This document shows positions 22,797 to 34,967 of a stretch of 64,000 bases of DNA, one piece after another (position 1 is the first letter of the stretch; the number at the start of each line of letters is the position of its first letter). A program made the translations under genes and the position numbers. The DNA comes from Squalus acanthias (Eukaryota): contig JASTWF010000337.1 of assembly GCA_030390025.1 (NCBI GenBank), positions 434,001 to 498,000 of the forward strand, in the 5' to 3' direction. The notes beneath the pieces were generated by a model. That model did not search any database, had not been told where the DNA came from, and saw only the letters and a program-made list of their open reading frames with translations.

Positions 22797-24685
22797 GAGA
22801 ACATAAGAAATAGGAGTAGGCCATTCGGCCCTTCGAGCCTGCTCCGCCATTCAATGAGATCATGGCTGATCTTCTGCCTCAACTCCATTCACCGGCCCTA
22901 TCGCCATATCCCTTGAGCCTTTACTAGTCAGAAATCTATCGACTTCTGTTTTGAATAGACCCAATGACTGAGCCTCCACAGCCCTCTGGGGTAGGGAATT
23001 CCAAAGATTTACCACCCCCTGTGTGAAGAAATTTCTTCTCATCTCAGTCCTGAATGTCCTACCCTTTATCCTGAGGCTGTGGCCCCTGGTTCTAGATTCC
23101 CCAGCCAAGGGAAACATTCTCCCAGCATCTACCCTATCAAGCCCTGTAATAATTTTGTATGCTTCAATGAGATCCCCTCTCATTCTTCTGAATTCAACAG
23201 AATACAGGCCTAGTTTACTCAATCTCTTCTCATACAACAGTCCCGCCATCCCAGGAATCAATCTCGTGAACCTTCATTGCACTCCCTCTATGGCAAGTAT
23301 ATCCTTCCTTAGGTAAGGAGACCAAAATTGTACACAGTTCTCCAGGTGTGGTCTCACCAAGGCCCTATATAATTGGAGTAAGACTTCTTTACTCCTGTAC
23401 TCAAATCCTCTTGTAATGAAGGCCAGCATACCATTTGCCTTCCTAATGGCTTGCTGCACCTGCACATTCATTTTCAGTGACTCATGTACAAGGACACCCA
23501 GGTCCCTTTGAGCATCTGCATTCCCCAATCTTTCACCATTTAGGAAATACTCTGCCTTTGTTTTTTCTACCAAAGTGGATAGCTTCACATTTATCCACAT
23601 TATATTCCATCTGCCATGTTCTCGCCCACTCACTGAGCCTTTCGAGATCCCCTTGAAGCCTCTTCACAACTGACACTGCCACCTAGCTTTGTATCATCAG
23701 CAAATTTGGAAATGTTACATTTAGTCCCCTCATCCAAATCATTGATATAGATTGCGAATAGCTGGGGCCCAAGCACCGATCCTTGCAGTGCTCCACTAGT
23801 CACAGCCTGCCATCCTGAAAAAGACCTGTTTATCCCTACTCTTTGTTTTCTGTCTGTTAACCAATTCTCAATCCATGCTAGTATATTACCCCCAATTCCA
23901 TGTGCCCTAATTTTGTTCACCAACCTCTTGTGTGGGACCTTATCGAAGGCCTTCTGAAAATCCAAATACACCACATCTACCAGTTCCCCTTTGTCTACTC
24001 CACTAGTTACATCCTCAAAGAACTCCAGTAGGTTTGTCAAACAGGATTTCTCTTTCATAAATCCATGTTGACTCTGCCCAATCTTACTATTAGTTTCTAT
24101 GCAACCAGTTATTGCATCCTTTATAATAGATTCCAGCATTTTCCCAACTACTGATGTGAGGCTAATAGGTCTGTAGTTCCCCATTTTCTCTCTCTCTCCT
24201 TTCTTAAATAGCGGGGTTACATTTGTTATCCTCCAATCTGCAGGAACCGTTCCAGAATCTATAGAATTTTGGAAGATGACAACTAATGCGTCCACTATCC
24301 CAATGGCCACCTCTTTCAAAACCTTAGGATGTAGGTCATCCAGTCCTTGGGATTTATCGATTTTTAGTCCCATTAATTTTGCTAGTACTGTTTTTTTACT
24401 AATAATAATTTCTTTAAGTTCCTCATTCTCGCCACACCCTTGGTTTTCTCGTATTTCTGGGAGGTTTTTTGTGTCTTCCTCCGTGAAGACAGAAACAAAG
24501 TATTTATTTAATTTCTCTGCCATTTCCTCATTCCCCATTATAAATTCTCCCGTCTCTGACTGTAAAGGACCTACATTTACCTTCGCCAGTCTTTTCCTTT
24601 TCACATACCTACAGAAGCTTTTACAATCCGTTTTTATATTTTTCGCTAGTTTGTGCTTATATTCCATTTTCCCTTTCTTTATCAA
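22797..24685 (-). mobile_element. CR1 RT region to 3' tail
   Basis: ORFs 23630-24685, 23274-23633, 22860-23261. Confidence 0.92.
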
Positions 24686-25535
24686 TTTAAAAAGGGTAGT
24701 AGGCAGAAGGCTGGAAATTATAGACCAGTTAGCCTAACATCTGTGGTGGGTAAAATTTTGGAGTCTATTATTAAGGAGACAGTAACGGAACATTTAGATA
24801 AACATAATTTAATAGGACAAAGTCAGCATGGCTTTATGAAGGGGAAGTCATGTCTGACAAATTTGCTTGAGTTCTTTGAGGACATAACGTACAGGGTGGA
24901 TAAAGGGGAACCAGTGGACGTAGTGTATTTAGACTTCCAGAAGGCATTCGACAAGGTGCCACATAAAAGATTATTGCTCAAGATAAAAAAAATCACTGGA
25001 TTGCGGGTAATATTCTGGCATGGGTGGAGGATTGGTTATCTAACAGGAAGCAGAGAGTTGGGATAAATGGTTGATTCTCGGACTGGCAACCAGGGGTCGG
25101 TGCTGGGTCCCCAACTCTTTACAATCTATATTAACGATTTGGAGGAGGGGACCGAGTGTAACATATCAAAGTTTGCAGATGATACAAAGATGGGCGGGAA
25201 AGTAGAAAGTGAGGAGGACATAAAAAACCTACAAGGGGATATAGACAGGCTGGGTGAGTGGGCGGAGATTTGGCAGATGCAATACAATATTGGAAAATGT
25301 GAGCTTATGCACTTTGGCAGGAAAAATCAGAGAGCAAGTTATTATCTTAATGGCGAGAAACTGGAAAGTACTGCAGTACAAAGGGATCTGGGAGTCCTAG
25401 TGCAAGAAAATCAAAAAGTTAGTATGCAGGTGCAGCAGGTGATAAAGAAGGCCAACGGAATGTTGGCTTTTATTGCTAGGGGGATAGATTATAAAAACAG
25501 GGAGGTATTGCTGCAGTTATATAAGGTATTGGTGA
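24686..25535 (+). mobile_element. CR1 RT fragment, truncated at both ends
   Basis: ORFs 24653-25066 and 25067-25588. Confidence 0.9.
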
Positions 25536-26778
25536 CTTCAGTTTTACTAGGGCTCCTTGATGCCAGACTCAGTCAAATGCTGCCTTGATGTCAAGGGCAG
25601 TCACTCTCACCTCACCTCTGGAATTCAGCTCCTTTGTCTATGTTTGGACCAAGGCTGTAATGAGGTCGGGAGCCGAGTGGTCTTGGCGGAACCCAAAGTG
25701 GGCATCAGTGAGCCGGTTATTGGTGAGTAAGTACCACTTGATAGCACTGTTGGTGACACCTTCCATCACTTTGTTGATGATTGAGAGTAGACTGATGGGG
25801 CGGTAATTGGCCGGGTTGGATTTGTCCTGCTTTTTGTGGACAGGACATACCTGGGCAGTTTTCCACATTGTCGGATAGATGCCAGTGTTGTAGCTGTACT
25901 GGAGCAGCTTGGCTAGAGGCGCGGCTAGTTCTGGAGCACAAGTCTTCAGCACGACAGCTGGGATGTTGTCGGGGCCCATAGCCTTTGCTGTATACAGTGC
26001 GCTCAGCCGTTTCTTGATATCACGTGGAGTGAATCGAATTGGCTGAAGATTGGCTTCTGTGATGGTGGGGACCTCAGGAGTAGGCCGATATGGATCATCC
26101 ACTCGGCACTTCTGGCTGAAGATGGTTGCAAACGCTTTAGCCTTGTCTTTTGCACTCACGTGCTGGGCCCCACCATCATTGAGGATGGGGTTATTCATGG
26201 AGTTAATGATTCCCAACTGACAACAGGGAATTCAGCAAAGGCTGGATATTGAAGCTAAGTTTCTGGTTGGTACATCTCAGCCCCACGCTGGGTGCAGCAG
26301 TTACTCAAAGCGAGCAGGGACCCATACATGTAAATTTATTTGATGCTACATTACTGAATGAGCAGTGAAAACCTTCCTCCATTTACAGGGCAACCATGGA
26401 ATCCATCCCGGCACACAAGGGTACATTTTGTAAAGTCGCTGGGGCAGAACCTTTCTCAACAGGAGCACGGAGATCACTAGCCCGCACTGTGGCCCTCTCA
26501 TTATCAGGTGGCACAGTCAATCACCGGGAAATCAGGAGCACGGCAAATTGGGCCTTGAGAGCCCGGTTCACCAATCCATGCCAGGAGCCGAGCCTGGCAA
26601 CATGTAGCGCAGTGTATCGGCAGGGCCATTCGAAACCGTACGCGAGAAGGGACTGCCATTTCTGCATGTGCGGTTACAGTTGACACTGTACATAGGTGCC
26701 CTGTACATAATTACAAATGTGGCCAAAAGCTGGAGAACTCTCACACTCGGTACCAACACATTTCATCACTGAATTCAC

Positions 26779-26828
26779 CTCTTTACTTCGTTCATCCAGA
26801 ACCTCCACAAATTTCGCAGGAAACCAGC
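26779..26828 (-). CDS. SGSM3: SGSM3 coding exon (SH3 C-terminal part): (G)WFPAKFVEVLDERSKE
   Basis: ttccgacag|GC TGG TTT CCT...AAA GAG|gtgaat; 50 nt; completes the Gly codon of exon 33405-33459. Confidence 0.95.
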
Positions 26829-27994
26829 CTGTCGGAAGAAAGGGTCAAAGGTTAATTGTAACAAAACTTCCCAGGCACGGTAGGTCCAGACGCTGCAGAG
26901 CTCCAAGTGCGCCTGTGTATTTGAAGTGTTAGTTCAATGTATTGGATGGGCCATTTTGCAGTCGCACGATATAAACAGTGCAGCAGCCTGGGGCCACCCG
27001 AGCCTGCAGTGATCAGGGCGAGATTGTTTTCTGTACCAATTAGTTAATTTAAGGCAAGCACAACAGTCCTCCTATCCTCACTGCAATCCCAAGGTCAAGC
27101 ACAATTTTTTAATTTCCAGAGAGGGAGTGAAAACAGTGCGTCAGTCGGTTTGAAATCTGAGATTGCTGCTGTCAGCTACTGCGTCAACAATTTCAGGACC
27201 ATCCAACAAAACAGAACATAAAGATGCACAACAATCTATAATAAAAACAGAAACATTAACTCTGTTTCTCTCTTCACAGATGCTGCCTGACCTGCTGAGT
27301 ATCTCCAGCATTTTCTGTTTTTATTATAGATTTCCAGCATCTGCAGTATTTTCTTTTTGTATCACAACAATCTATAGTTCTGCGACAAATATGCAAATCT
27401 TCCCTCGACATGTTGCAAAATCTCATGACATTTAAGTGTTCAGTACTGCCGTGCCCATTCACAAGCTGACGAATGCAGCACGGCTGCAACACTCTGCTTA
27501 GCTCAGCAGTAAGAAGCTGTGCCTATCTAACGAGCCAGAGAATTTACTCAAATACATCGTTCAGAGAAGGGCCGTTGTCTAATGACATTGCTCAGTGAAT
27601 ATCGACTGAACTGACCCACTCAGTTCAGCACTGGAGCATGAACTGCAGGGCCTTATCCCTCGATCACTCTTCTTCATAATACAGCCTGTGTTATGGGTTG
27701 TCAGATAGCCACCAACACCAGCCCTCCCCCGCTCTAGACTCAATAATTCTCCTCCTCAATTGAGTGTTACCCAGCCCTTCCCGACTCCCAGCCCTCCAAG
27801 AGAGAAACAGAGAGTGAGACAGAGGCAGAGAGAGAGACAGACAGAGACAGAGAGAGACAGAGAACGGGCGAGGGGGCGACAGAGCGGGGGGGGGGGGGAC
27901 CGAGGGAGGGCGACCGACCGAGGCAGCGAGCGACAGAGAGAGCGCGCGGCAGAGAGCGCCCGACAGAGAGAGCGCGACAGAGAGAGGGTGACAA

Positions 27995-29102
27995 AACATA
28001 AGAAATAGGAGCAGGAGTAGGCCATTCGGCCCTTCGAGCCTGCTCCGCCATTCAATGAGATCAAGGCTGATCTTCTGCCTCAACTCCATTCACCGGCCCT
28101 ATCGCCATATCCCTTGATGTCTTTACTAGTCAGAAATCTATCGACTTCTGTTTTGAATATACCCAATGACTGAGCCTCCACAACCCTCTGGGGTACAGAA
28201 TTCCAAAGATTCACCACCCTGTGTGTGAAGAAATTTCTTCTCATCTCAGTTCTGAATGGCCTACCCTTTATCCGGAGGCTGTGGCCCCTGGTTCTAGACT
28301 CCCCAGCCAAGGGAAACATTCTCCCAGCATCCACTCTATCAAGCCCTGTAATAATTTTGTATGCTTCAATGAGATCCCCTCATTTTTCTGAATTCAAGAG
28401 AATACAGGCCTAGTTTACTGAATCTCTTCTCATACGACAGTCCCGCCATCCCAGGAATCAATCTCGTGAACCTTCATTGTACTCCCTCTATGGCAAGTAT
28501 ATCCTTCCTTAGGTAAGGAGACCAAAATTGTACACAGTACTCCAGGTGTGGTCTCACCAAGGCCCTATATAATTGGAGTAAGACTTCTTTACTCCTGTAC
28601 TCAAATCCTCTTGTAATGAAGGCCAGCATACCATTTGCCTTCCTAATGGCTTGCTGCACCTGCACATTCATTTTCAGTGACTCATGTACAAGGACACCCA
28701 GGTCCCTTTGAGCATCTGCATTCCCCAACCTTTCACCATTTAAGAAATAGTCTGCCTTTCTGTTTTTTCTACCAAAGTGGTTAACTTCACATTTATCCAC
28801 ATTATATTCCATCTGCCATGTTCTCGCCCACTCACTGAGCCTGTTGAGATCCCCTTGAAGCCTCTTCACATCTGACACTGCCACCTAGCTTTGTATCATC
28901 AGCAAATTTGGAAATGTTACATTTAGTCCCCTCATCCAAATCATTGATATAGATTGTGAATTGCTGAGGGCCCAAGCACCGATCCTTGCGGTACCCCACT
29001 AGTCACAGCCTGCCACCCTAAAAAAGACCCGTTTATCCCTACTCTGTTTACTGTCTGTTAACCAATTCTCAATCCATGCTAGTACATTACCCCCAATTCC
29101 AT
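27995..29102 (-). mobile_element. CR1 3' portion with tail
   Basis: ORFs 28474-28884 and 28080-28334; very similar to 22797-23901. Confidence 0.92.
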
Positions 29103-29795
29103 ATTATGGCTATTAGATCAAACCTGTTAATTTCTATCTGTGCTATTAATTCATCTATTTTGTTGCGAATGCTTTGCACATTCAGAGATAGTGCCTTTAG
29201 CTTTAACATTTCTATTTTTCCTGATGTCACCTTAATCACTGATGCGTTATTACCTTTGTTACTCTTCCTGACTCACTGCTTATTTTTACCCAAAACTCTA
29301 CTCTGCTCTAGAGCCTTGACATTTTCTCGCTGCTTTTAAATTTACTCTTTCCTGAATCCTCCCACCCACCCCGCCCCCCCTTCATTAGTTTAAAGCCCTG
29401 TCTACTGTCCTAGTTATTCGGTTCGCCAGGACACTGGTCCCAGCCCAGTTTAAGTGGAGCCCGTCCCAACGGATTAGCTCCCTCTTTCCCCAGTACTGGT
29501 GCCAGTGCCCCATGAATTGAAACTCCTTCCTCCCACACCACTCTTTGAGCCACACATTTAAACCTCTAATCTGTTTGTCCCCATGCCAATTTGTGCATGG
29601 CTCAGGTAACAATCCAGAGATTATTACCTTTGAGGTTCTGCTTTTTAATTTTGATCCTAGCTGCTCAACCTCATTCCTAGTTCTACCTATGTTGTTGGTT
29701 CCTACGTGGACCACGACAACTGGAACGTCCCCCTCCCACTCCAAGTTCTTCTCCAGCCGCGAGGAGATGTCTTTAACCCTGGCACTGGGCAGGCA
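29103..29795 (-). mobile_element. CR1 ORF1 (SGNH esterase) fragment plus start of ORF2
   Basis: VVVHVGTNN, VIISGLLP and DGLHLN motifs in ORF 29385-29936. Confidence 0.85.
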
Positions 29796-29816
29796 AGAGA
29801 GAGAGAGAGAGAGAGA

Positions 29817-30752
29817 GTGTGACAGAGCACAGCGTATCCAAGTTTGCTGACGATACAAAGCTAGGTGGGAAAGTAAGCTGTGAAGAAAACAGAAAAAGAC
29901 TGCAAAGGGATTTAGATAGACTAAGTGAGTGGGCAATAAGGTGGCAGATGGCGCATAATGTAGGGAAATGTGAAATTATTCACTTTGGTAAGAATAGGAA
30001 AACAGAATATTTTTTAAATGGTGACAAACTATTAAATATTGGTGTTCAGATAGATTTCGGTGTCCTAGTACAAGAAACACGGAAAGTTAACATGCAGGTA
30101 CAAGTAATTAGGAAGGAAAATGGGCTTTATTGCAAGAGGGTTGGAGTACAAGAGTAAGGAAGTCTTGCTACAATTGTACAGGGTCTTGGTGAGGCCACAC
30201 CTGGAGTATTGTGCAGAGTTTTGGTCTCCTTATCTAAGGAAGGATATACTTGCCTTGGAGGTGGTGCAACGAAGATTCACTAGATTGATTCCTGGGATGA
30301 GAGGGTTGTCCTATTATGAGATTGTGTAGAATGGGCCTATACTCTCTGGAGTTTAGAAGAATGAGAGGTGATCTCATTGAAACATACAAGATTCTGAAGG
30401 GGATTGACAGGGTTGATGCTGAGAGGTTGTTTCCCCTGGCTGGAGTGTCTAGAACCAGGGGTCACAGTCTCAGGATAAGGGGCCAGACTTTTAAGACTGA
30501 GATGAGGAGGAATTTCTTCACTCAGAGCGTTGTGAATCTCTGGAATTCTCTGCCCCAGAGGGTTGTGGATGCTCAGTCGTTGAGTTGTCAAGGCTGAGAT
30601 AGATAGATTTTCGGAATCAAGGGATATGGGGATAGGGCAGGAAAGTGGAGTTGAGGTAGAAGATCAGCCATGATCTTATTGAATGGCGGAGCAGGCTCGA
30701 GGGGGCCGTATGACCTACTCCTGCTCCTAATTCTTATGTTATGTTCTTATTT
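29817..30752 (+). mobile_element. CR1 3' portion with tail
   Basis: FADDTK through to ttcttatgttatgttcttat. Confidence 0.9.
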
Positions 30753-30892
30753 ATAGTCACTAGTTCTGGTCTCCCCACAAAATGGAAACATTTTCTTTAC
30801 TTCTACCCTATCAAACCCTTTCATAATCAGGTCTCTATCAGGTCACCCCTCAACCTTCTCCTTTTGAGAGAGACAAGCACCAGTCTGTTCAG

Positions 30893-31512
30893 TCATAGAA
30901 TCATAGAATGGTTACAGCACAGAAGGAGGCCATTCGGCCAGTCAAGTCCGTGCTGGCTCTCTGCAAAAGCACTTCAGATAGTCCCACTCCCCCCGCCCGC
31001 CCGTTCCCCTGCAAAAACTTTTTTCAGGCACTGATCCAACTCCTTTTGAAAGCCGTGATTGAGTCTGCCTCCACCACCCTTTCAGGCAGTGCATTCCAGA
31101 TCCTAACAACTCGCTGCGTTAAAAGGTTTTCCCTCATGTCACCTTTGGTTCTTCTGCCAATCACCTTAAATCTGTGTCCTCTGGTTCTCGGCCCTTCCGC
31201 CAATGGGAACAGTTTCTCTCTCTCTACTCTGTCCAGACCCCTCATGATTTTGAACACCTCGATCAAATCTCCTCTCAACCTTCTCTGCTCCAAGGAGAAC
31301 AACCCCAGCTTCTCCAGTCTATCCACGTAACTGAAACCCCTCATTCCTGGAATCATTCTTGTAAATCTTTTCTGCACCCTCTCTAAGGCCTTCACATCCT
31401 TCCTAAAGTGCGGTGGCCAGAATTGGACACAATACTCCCGTTGAGGCCGAACCAGTGTTTTATAAAAGTACATTGTAACTTCCTTGCTTTTGTACTCTAT
31501 GCCTCTATTTAT
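30893..31512 (-). mobile_element. CR1 3' portion (different subfamily, catagaat tail)
   Basis: YCVQFWPPHFRKD, RGDLIEVFKIM; tcatagaatcatagaat. Confidence 0.88.
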
Positions 31513-31514
31513 GG

Positions 31515-32143
31515 GAGACGGAGATGGGGGGAGGGGGAAGAGGGGGAGGAGGAGGGGGAAGAGGGGGAGGGAAAGAGGGGGAGGGAAAGAGGGGGAGGGA
31601 AAGAGGGGGAGGGAAAGAGGGGGAGGGAAAGAGGGGGAGGGAAAGAGGGGGAGGGAAAGAGGGGGAGGGAAAGAGGGGGAGGGAAAGAGGGGGAGGGAAA
31701 GAGGGGGAGGGAAAGAGGGGGAGAGGGGGAGGGAAAGAGGGGGAGGGAAAGAGGAGGCGGGGGAAAGGGGGGAGGGGGAGGAGGGGAGGGGGGGGGGGAG
31801 AGGGGGAGGGGGGGAAGAGAGGGGAAGAGGGGGAGGGGAGAGGAAGGAGGGGGGGAAGAGGGGGAGGGGAGAGGAAGGAGAGGGGGGAGAGTGAGAGAGG
31901 CAGAGGGGGGAGAGCGAGAGAGGCAGAGGGGGGAGAGAGAGAGAGAGGCGGAGGGGGGAGAGAGAGAGAGAGGCGGAGGGGGGAGAGAGAGAGAGAGGCA
32001 GAGGGGGGAGAGAGAGAGGCAGAGGGGGAGAGAGAGAGAGAGAGGCAGAGGGGGAGAGAGAGAGAGAGGCAGAGGGGGAGAGAGAGAGAGGCACAGAGGG
32101 GGAGAGAGTTAGGGAGGCAGAGGGGGAGAGAGAGAGGCGCAGA
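31515..32143. repeat. Polypurine simple repeat: (GGGGGAGGGAAAGA)n grading into GA/GGCAGA repeats
   Basis: About 15 perfect 14-mers followed by degenerate G/A repeats. Confidence 0.95.
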
Positions 32144-32501
32144 GGGGGGAAAATTCAGTTGGTTGCGCCTCCCGTTAGCGCCTTAAGAGGGTGCTAATGG
32201 TGCGCAAAGCAACTAGCGCCCAGCGCGGCGATGTTTGCGTCGCTCGTGAAATTGACCAGACATTTTGCGGCGGCACTAAACACTACCGCCACGATCTCCT
32301 GTGCCCGCAGATCGTGACGTCAGTCGAGTGCGCAACGCCCCAGAGCAGATATTGAGTGGCGCCCCCTGCCTTACCGCCTGCCGCTAGCAACGACAGGTTG
32401 AGGGGAGCGTTTTGCAGTCGGGAAGGGACTGGGGGAGCGCTATTTAAAGGCAACTGCTTCCTGCCTTTTTTTGTCTGTGACATTTTTGAACCACGCATTC
32501 T

Positions 32502-32532
<31 letters not shown>

Positions 32533-33028
32533 CTGGAGATTCAACGCTGTGTGAAGGAGTTTTGGGTACTGAGCAGCACTTTGCAGGTTCATTCTGATTT
32601 GATCTTCCTTGTATCGATTTAGAAGAGTCTGTGGGGGCTGCACTCTGAGCTCTTTCCCATGGCCTCTCCATTGTTCTTTCCAGCAGATTTGATGTACAGG
32701 TCTCTCCAGGCCGAGATTCAAGGCTGCAATGAGCAGGGTGTGGATGGAGAGCAAGATCGACCCTCACCTTTGAGAACTGGCTGGCGCCATTGTGTGTGTG
32801 TTCCATTGCTGACTGACATCACATGAGCTTCGCCAGCGCTGAGGTAGCGCCTCGCTCCTCGGCATTAGCGCCTTGAGAGGTGTGTAGCGCCTGATTTAGT
32901 GCTCCAATCACCTCCAGGGGCAATAGAGGCCAAGTTTGCATTCGGAGATGATAATTATCGCCGGGCGCTAAACTTTGCGCCCGGCCGATATTTGCGCCCC
33001 AAACGGGGTGATACCGAATTTCTCCCCC
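32144..33028. mobile_element. Non-autonomous TIR DNA transposon (PIF/Harbinger-like MITE)
   Basis: Left end GGGGGGAAAATTCAGT versus right-end reverse complement GGGGGAGAAATTCGGT; AGA on both flanks; CpG-rich subterminal agcgcc/ggcgct motifs. Confidence 0.65.
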
Positions 33029-33404
33029 AGAGGCTCTAGGGGCTGAATGGCCTACTCCTGTTCCTATGACAGAGACAGAAAGAGAGCGAGAGTCAGGGAC
33101 AGACAGAGATCTAAAGATCACAATTTGTTTGCAACAAGGGTCTGTGGGTAACATTCTGATGGGATGTGTGCCTGTGGATTTACAGAAACCTTTCTGTTTA
33201 CTCACTGCTTGTTGCTGCCATCTGCTGGTGATTTTGGGACAATCCAAACCAGCAGCAATTTCAAAAATTCATCTGGCCAGACTGTGGAAAGATGGGCAGA
33301 TGGCAACCCTGACTTTGAACGGCCCCTCGTCCTACGCAGCCGAGCTGTCCTGCTGGCACAGGCAGGGCTTTGATCAGATTGAAGAGTAAGGTACGAGCAC
33401 TCAC

Positions 33405-33459
33405 CTCGCAGCCCGTTCAGCTCTCCCACCCAGCAATGCTCATCCTTCTGTGATATAAT
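33405..33459 (-). CDS. SGSM3: SGSM3 coding exon (SH3): IISQKDEHCWVGELNGLR(G)
   Basis: ctctttcag|ATT ATA TCA CAG...CGA G|gtgagt; 55 nt. Confidence 0.95.
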
Positions 33460-33574
33460 CTGAAAGAGACAAGTGGCCATCTCAGTCAGGCAGAAATGGG
33501 ACACTCGAGATTCGACAACAAAAACACAACACTGCGAATCTAAAACAAAGACAGAAAGTGCAGAGGGAGAAAGA

Positions 33575-33955
33575 CTTGCTTTTGCATAGCACCTCGTCAT
33601 GTTTTTCAGAAACAAAGCGCTACATATACAAGTTGAAATACACTCTCCGTTGTTAAATGGACAAGCAGCCACTTCACAAACAGCAACATCCCGATAACCG
33701 CCGGGAGATGAATGAGCAGTTAACCTATTTTTGGTGGCATTTGCTGAGGGAGGAATCTTGCACAGACACTGGGAGAAGACCTGGCTCTTCAAATAGCGCC
33801 TGGGGATCTTTAACATCCAGACAGGGGCTCCATTTAAAGTCTGACCAGACAGCACTCCTGAGAATGTCTGCCTGGATGGTGTGTTCAAGTCCTGCAATGG
33901 GGCTTCTACCCACACAACCTTCTGACTCAGAGACAACCTACTGAGCCAAGCTGCC
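33575..33955 (-). mobile_element. Degenerate tRNA/Deu-type SINE
   Basis: Reverse complement begins cttggctcagtaggttgtctctgagtcagaaggttgtg. Confidence 0.7.
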
Positions 33956-34532
33956 CCAGTATTTCAGTCAATGCCTGAAAGGCAGGTAAAGGTATAGCTG
34001 GAACTTTGCTTTGGGATTCTCAGGATGTATCTCGCGGTGTTCCTGTCCCCAGGCACGGACTGACCCTGCTGTGTGATTGGCACTGATGACACCAATCGTC
34101 TCATTCAGGGCTCCAAGGATGCTGTAAAAAGGATCAGGTGGAACTGCAATACTTTCAATTACATTTTATTTTCCCCTCTTCTGAAGGAGCGGACTCTTGC
34201 TGTGTAAATTCCACAGGTGCCAGCTGGCCTCCAGCACCTCACCCAAGTCGATGCCAGGCTATTTATCCACAAGACCATCAAACACAGGCCCGACATTCCC
34301 CCATTTGACTCTGAGCTGATGTTTGCCTCCCTACCCAGGGTGAAGCCAATGAGGACCTCACCGCTGCCTCTCAGCGCACACCGGCAATGAAGCGGCAATC
34401 ATCCTGCTGTGTACGTTCAGCTACTCGCTGCCTCAGCCAGCCGACGTATCAGGAGCAGCTGTATACACAATACTGGTCTTCGAATACAAGATTCAACACA
34501 CGGAGCTTGTTCAGACTGTGCTGATCTTGGGC

Positions 34533-34960
34533 GTCAGCCGTGGCTCAGCACTCTCGCCTCTCTGAGTCAGAAGATCATGGGTTTAAACTCCACTCTTGTG
34601 ACTTGAGCACATAATCTTGGCTGATATTTCAGCGCAGTACTGAGGGAGCGCTGCATTGTCGGAGGTGCTGTCTTTCAGATGAGACTTTAAGCCGAGGCTC
34701 CATCTGCCCCCTCAGTTGGATGGAAAAGATTCCACGGTACTATTTTGAAAAAGAGCAGGGGAGTTCTCTCCGGTGTCCTGGCCAATATTTATTGCTCAAG
34801 CCACACCACCAGAAACAGCTAAACTGGACATTTATCACAATGCTGGTAGTGGGGTCTTGCTGTTCGCACATTGGCTGCCGAATTTCCTTACATTACAACA
34901 GTGACTACCCAAAACTAATCCACTGGCTGTAAAGCTCTTTGGGCCATCGGGGGATATGAA
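34533..34960 (+). mobile_element. tRNA/Deu-type SINE, near full length
   Basis: tggctcag...tctgagtcagaag...tactgagggagcgctgc...gtgtcctggccaa...ttggctgcc...tgtaaagc. Confidence 0.8.
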
Positions 34961-34967
34961 AAGGAAC

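Larger units (their letters stand above)
21050..26205 (-). mobile_element. APE-RT LINE (same family as 3560-5810) in three pieces: ~21050-21405, ~22498-22797, ~25536-26205
   Basis: Collinear ORF pieces 25638-26216, 22488-22850 and 21051-21419, separated by CR1 copies. Confidence 0.8.

Noticed and set aside
24640..24730. Head-to-head CR1 junction as a twin-priming inversion of one element
   Set aside because: The two sides cover overlapping RT regions and differ in sequence, so they are separate subfamily copies
31024..32186. Pro/Ser-rich and Gly/Arg/Glu-rich ORFs
   Set aside because: Translations of the polypurine repeat; the same applies to 16344-16819, 27691-28089 and 1732-2169
33202..33936. 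244-aa minus-strand ORF as a single-exon gene
   Set aside because: Only the 55-nt spliced exon matches SGSM3; the rest is SINE and intron read-through
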